Of a stretch of 64,000 nt of DNA, positions 61,349-64,000 are shown piece by piece. This DNA comes from Octopus bimaculoides (Eukaryota), in NCBI RefSeq assembly GCF_001194135.2, contig NC_068987.1, forward strand, positions 55,157,570 through 55,221,569, given 5' to 3'. Each line of letters starts with the position of its first letter. The stretch's first letter is position 1. The translations under genes and the position numbers were made by a program. The notes under the pieces are model-generated. The model worked only from the letters and a program-made list of their open reading frames with translations. It did no database searches and was not told the DNA's origin.

Positions 61349-62111
61349 TGAAGTCTGCAGTTTTAATTTAGATCATTTTAAAACAGGGACATTTTATTTT
61401 AGAATCATGGGAAGTCTCAGAAAGGTTGGTATCAAAAGAGTTTAATGGAATTCTATATAACGTGTCAAGTTCAAGTCAAATTAAAACCTGCAGATGGCAA
61501 TGCAGGTTGTACTGGATTTATTCTTTTCAGTTGTTTTCTCCAAACTCCTAGCAAAACTGTATTTACAATGTCATCATAATTATCATCATCATCATCATCA
61601 TCCGTTTTCCTTGCTGGTATGGGTTGGATGGCTTGACAAGAACTGGCAAGGCCAGGGGCTGCACCAGATTTCATAGTCTGTTTTGGCTTGGTTTCTTCAG
61701 CTGGATGCCCTTCTAACACAAATGATTTTACAGAGTGTGCTGAGTGCTTTTTACGTGGTACCAGCACCAGTCCTTTTTACATGGCACCTCAGTTTTAAGA
61801 TCTCAGTACTGTTGTGGTGAGCAGGTCTTCCCTGAGCACAGCAATGTGCGACATATCTCGGTCCTCTGTCATCTCCTTCATAAGGCTCATTGCAAACACT
61901 TTTCAATTGTATAAAGCTCCTGCTCCTAAACAGTAGTGTGTCGCACCTATTTAGGGTTAGATAGGATGGGGCAATAATATATAGAATTGTCTCTATTATG
62001 AATATGGCACTACCCAGTGATGTTGTTGTTAGTGCTATTGACAGTTAGTCAGATATCCTAATACTCTATGTAAGGTTCTAGCCACCACACCCAGCCTTAC
62101 CTAGTTTATTA

Positions 62112-62513
62112 TTATTGTTGTTGTTGTTGTTGTTGGCATTCCGTCGCTTACGACGTCGAGGGTTCCAGTTGATCCGATCAACGGAACAGCCTGCTCGTGA
62201 AATTAACGTGCAAGTGGCTGAGCACTCCACAGACACGTGTACCCTTAACGTAGTTCTCGGGGATATTCAGCGTGACACAGTGTGACAAGGCTGACCCTTT
62301 GAATTACAGGCACAACAGAAACAGGAAGTAAGAGTGAGAGAAAGTTGTGGTGGAAGAGTACAGCAGGGTTCGCCACCATCCCCTGCCAGAGCCTCGTGGA
62401 GCTTTAGGTGTTTTTGCTCAATAAACACTCACAACGCCCGTTCTGGGAATCGAAACCTCGATCCTATGACCATGAGTCCGCTGCCCTAACCACTGGGCCA
62501 TTGCGCCTCCACT
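62112..62513 (-). mobile_element. tRNA-derived SINE family C, full length, young
   Basis: Reverse complement of the 21361 copy, with intact B-box GGTTTCGATTCCC and an (AAC)n tail. Perfect 12-bp TSD CCTAGTTTATTA (62100-62111 / 62514-62525). Confidence 0.9.
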
Positions 62514-64000
62514 CCTAGTTTATTAATACCTAAAGTAAATATAATCTCATGATTTCACTATATTTTGGAATAATTGCTTTAAAAAGATACAGAAAAATTT
62601 CAATTCATCTGGGAATGTTGATTCACTTGGAATTGTTGAAGACAGCTCAAACTAAGTTTCATAAAATTGTGCAGAAAGTATAACCAAATTATTGAACCCT
62701 GTCATCATTTTAATGTCCATGCTTTCTAGCTTCCATTGATCAGATGGGGCAGATTTTCTATGGCTACATGCTTTTCCTATCACCAACACTCATGTGTTTC
62801 CGAATAAGTTTAATGTTTTTTTTTCCTCTCATAACCGGACATGCTGTCATGGAAAATTGGAAACAGTGCTTGGATGATGGCGACATGTATTTATAACCGT
62901 CACATGATGTTGAGATGAAGATGCATACACATTCACTATGAATATCATTCAGTTTCTGTCTACTAAATACCCTCACAAAGCTTTGGTCAGCTTGAGACTA
63001 GTAGATGATACAGTAGTTGCCACACTGTAGGACTGAGCCCAAAACTATGTGGATGGGAAGGAAACTTCATAACCACACAGCCATGGCAGCACCTTACAGA
63101 AAACATCATTCATACATTTTATTTTTATTTTAGGACATAGAATAATACTATACTAATCATTGTCGTTTTGATGTCTACTTTTCCTTGCTTGCATGGGTCA
63201 GACAGAATTAATTCAGGTAGAATTTTTTGCAACCTGATGCCCTTCTTGTCACCAACCCTCACTTGTTTCCAAGCAAAAGTAATACCGCCTTATGGCCAGA
63301 CATGTTTTCATGGAAGATTCGCAGCAAATGACACCACTTGTATGACGGTGACACTCATTTACAACTATTATGCTGCTATGTCTTGACAAAGAAGCACTCT
63401 CTCTCCTTTCTCCTTTCTCTCCTCTCTCTTCCCTCTCTTGCCTTTCTCTCCTCTCTCTCCCTCACACACACATAAAATAGGCTTCTTTCAGTCTTAATCA
63501 ACCAAATCTACTCAATGTTTTTGTTGGCCTGGAGTGATAGAAGACACTTGCCCAAACTTCTTAATCTCTCACCCATGCTTACTGTTTATGTTTAAATCAA
63601 AATTTTCCATCATAATTTTTTATATGAGAACTTTTTATTATGTCATGTTCCAAACATTGGTTTAATATTGACCACGTTAATTGCTTCATTACATTCCTCG
63701 AAATTCTTATTTATTTTTGAAAAAAATCAAAATATATGTGGTCTCTGTATTTCATTAGATATATTGTTAGAAAGAGGTTAAGGTGATTGGAAAGGTTTAA
63801 CATTGGATATACAGATATAAGATGTCCAATAATTTGGGCTGTTTGATTTAACGCTTGTGCTAAAGACATTCAGTCTGTTTTTATTGAGATTGCGTGTCAT
63901 CTTGGGTTAGTGGCTCTAAGTACAGCCGAGGTTGATCAAAGCCTCGCAAGTGGTTTTGGTTGGCAAACCTGAAATATGCTTTTTATGCTTATTATGTCTT

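Noticed and set aside
39987-64000. Search for further exons of the host gene, including an ARM-repeat start (WRDP-like)
   Set aside because: None was found by eye. Candidates such as 50048-50115 and ~53130 have the wrong phase or no coding character. The next exon probably lies beyond the window.

Overview
AT-rich, repeat-dense animal genomic DNA with six N-gaps. The SINE, RTE-LINE and MITE content points to a coleoid cephalopod, Octopus-like (inference). One plus-strand protein-coding gene crosses the window. Four well-supported exons (7516-7708, 10501-10703 or 10883, 34525-35096, 39722-39986) splice in frame, with junction phases 0, 2 and 1. They encode a Tyr/Pro/Asp-rich, low-complexity, probably disordered region that I tentatively compare to the N-terminal part of p120/delta-catenin-family proteins. 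No folded domain is visible and the next exon was not found in the window. The rest is intronic: tRNA-derived SINE families with interchangeable 3' modules, RTE LINE remnants, mariner, hAT and TTAA-type MITEs, and microsatellites. The most unusual signal is a set of palindromic retroelements carrying hammerhead-ribozyme motifs. The best copy (53389-53845) has ~200-bp inverted arms, a 17-bp target-site duplication, a tRNA-like B-box, and a minimal dimer-type hammerhead at 53754-53799. A centre-deleted copy lies at 55371-55566 and a second, decayed family at 5398-5690. Other leads are a frame-preserving 6-nt microexon candidate, an in-frame alternative donor, inverted repeats flanking a large exon, and SINE insertions at the same site of two MITE copies. 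All coordinates were read by eye, and repeat boundaries are approximate unless a TSD is given. No CRISPR array, rRNA or genuine tRNA gene is supported.
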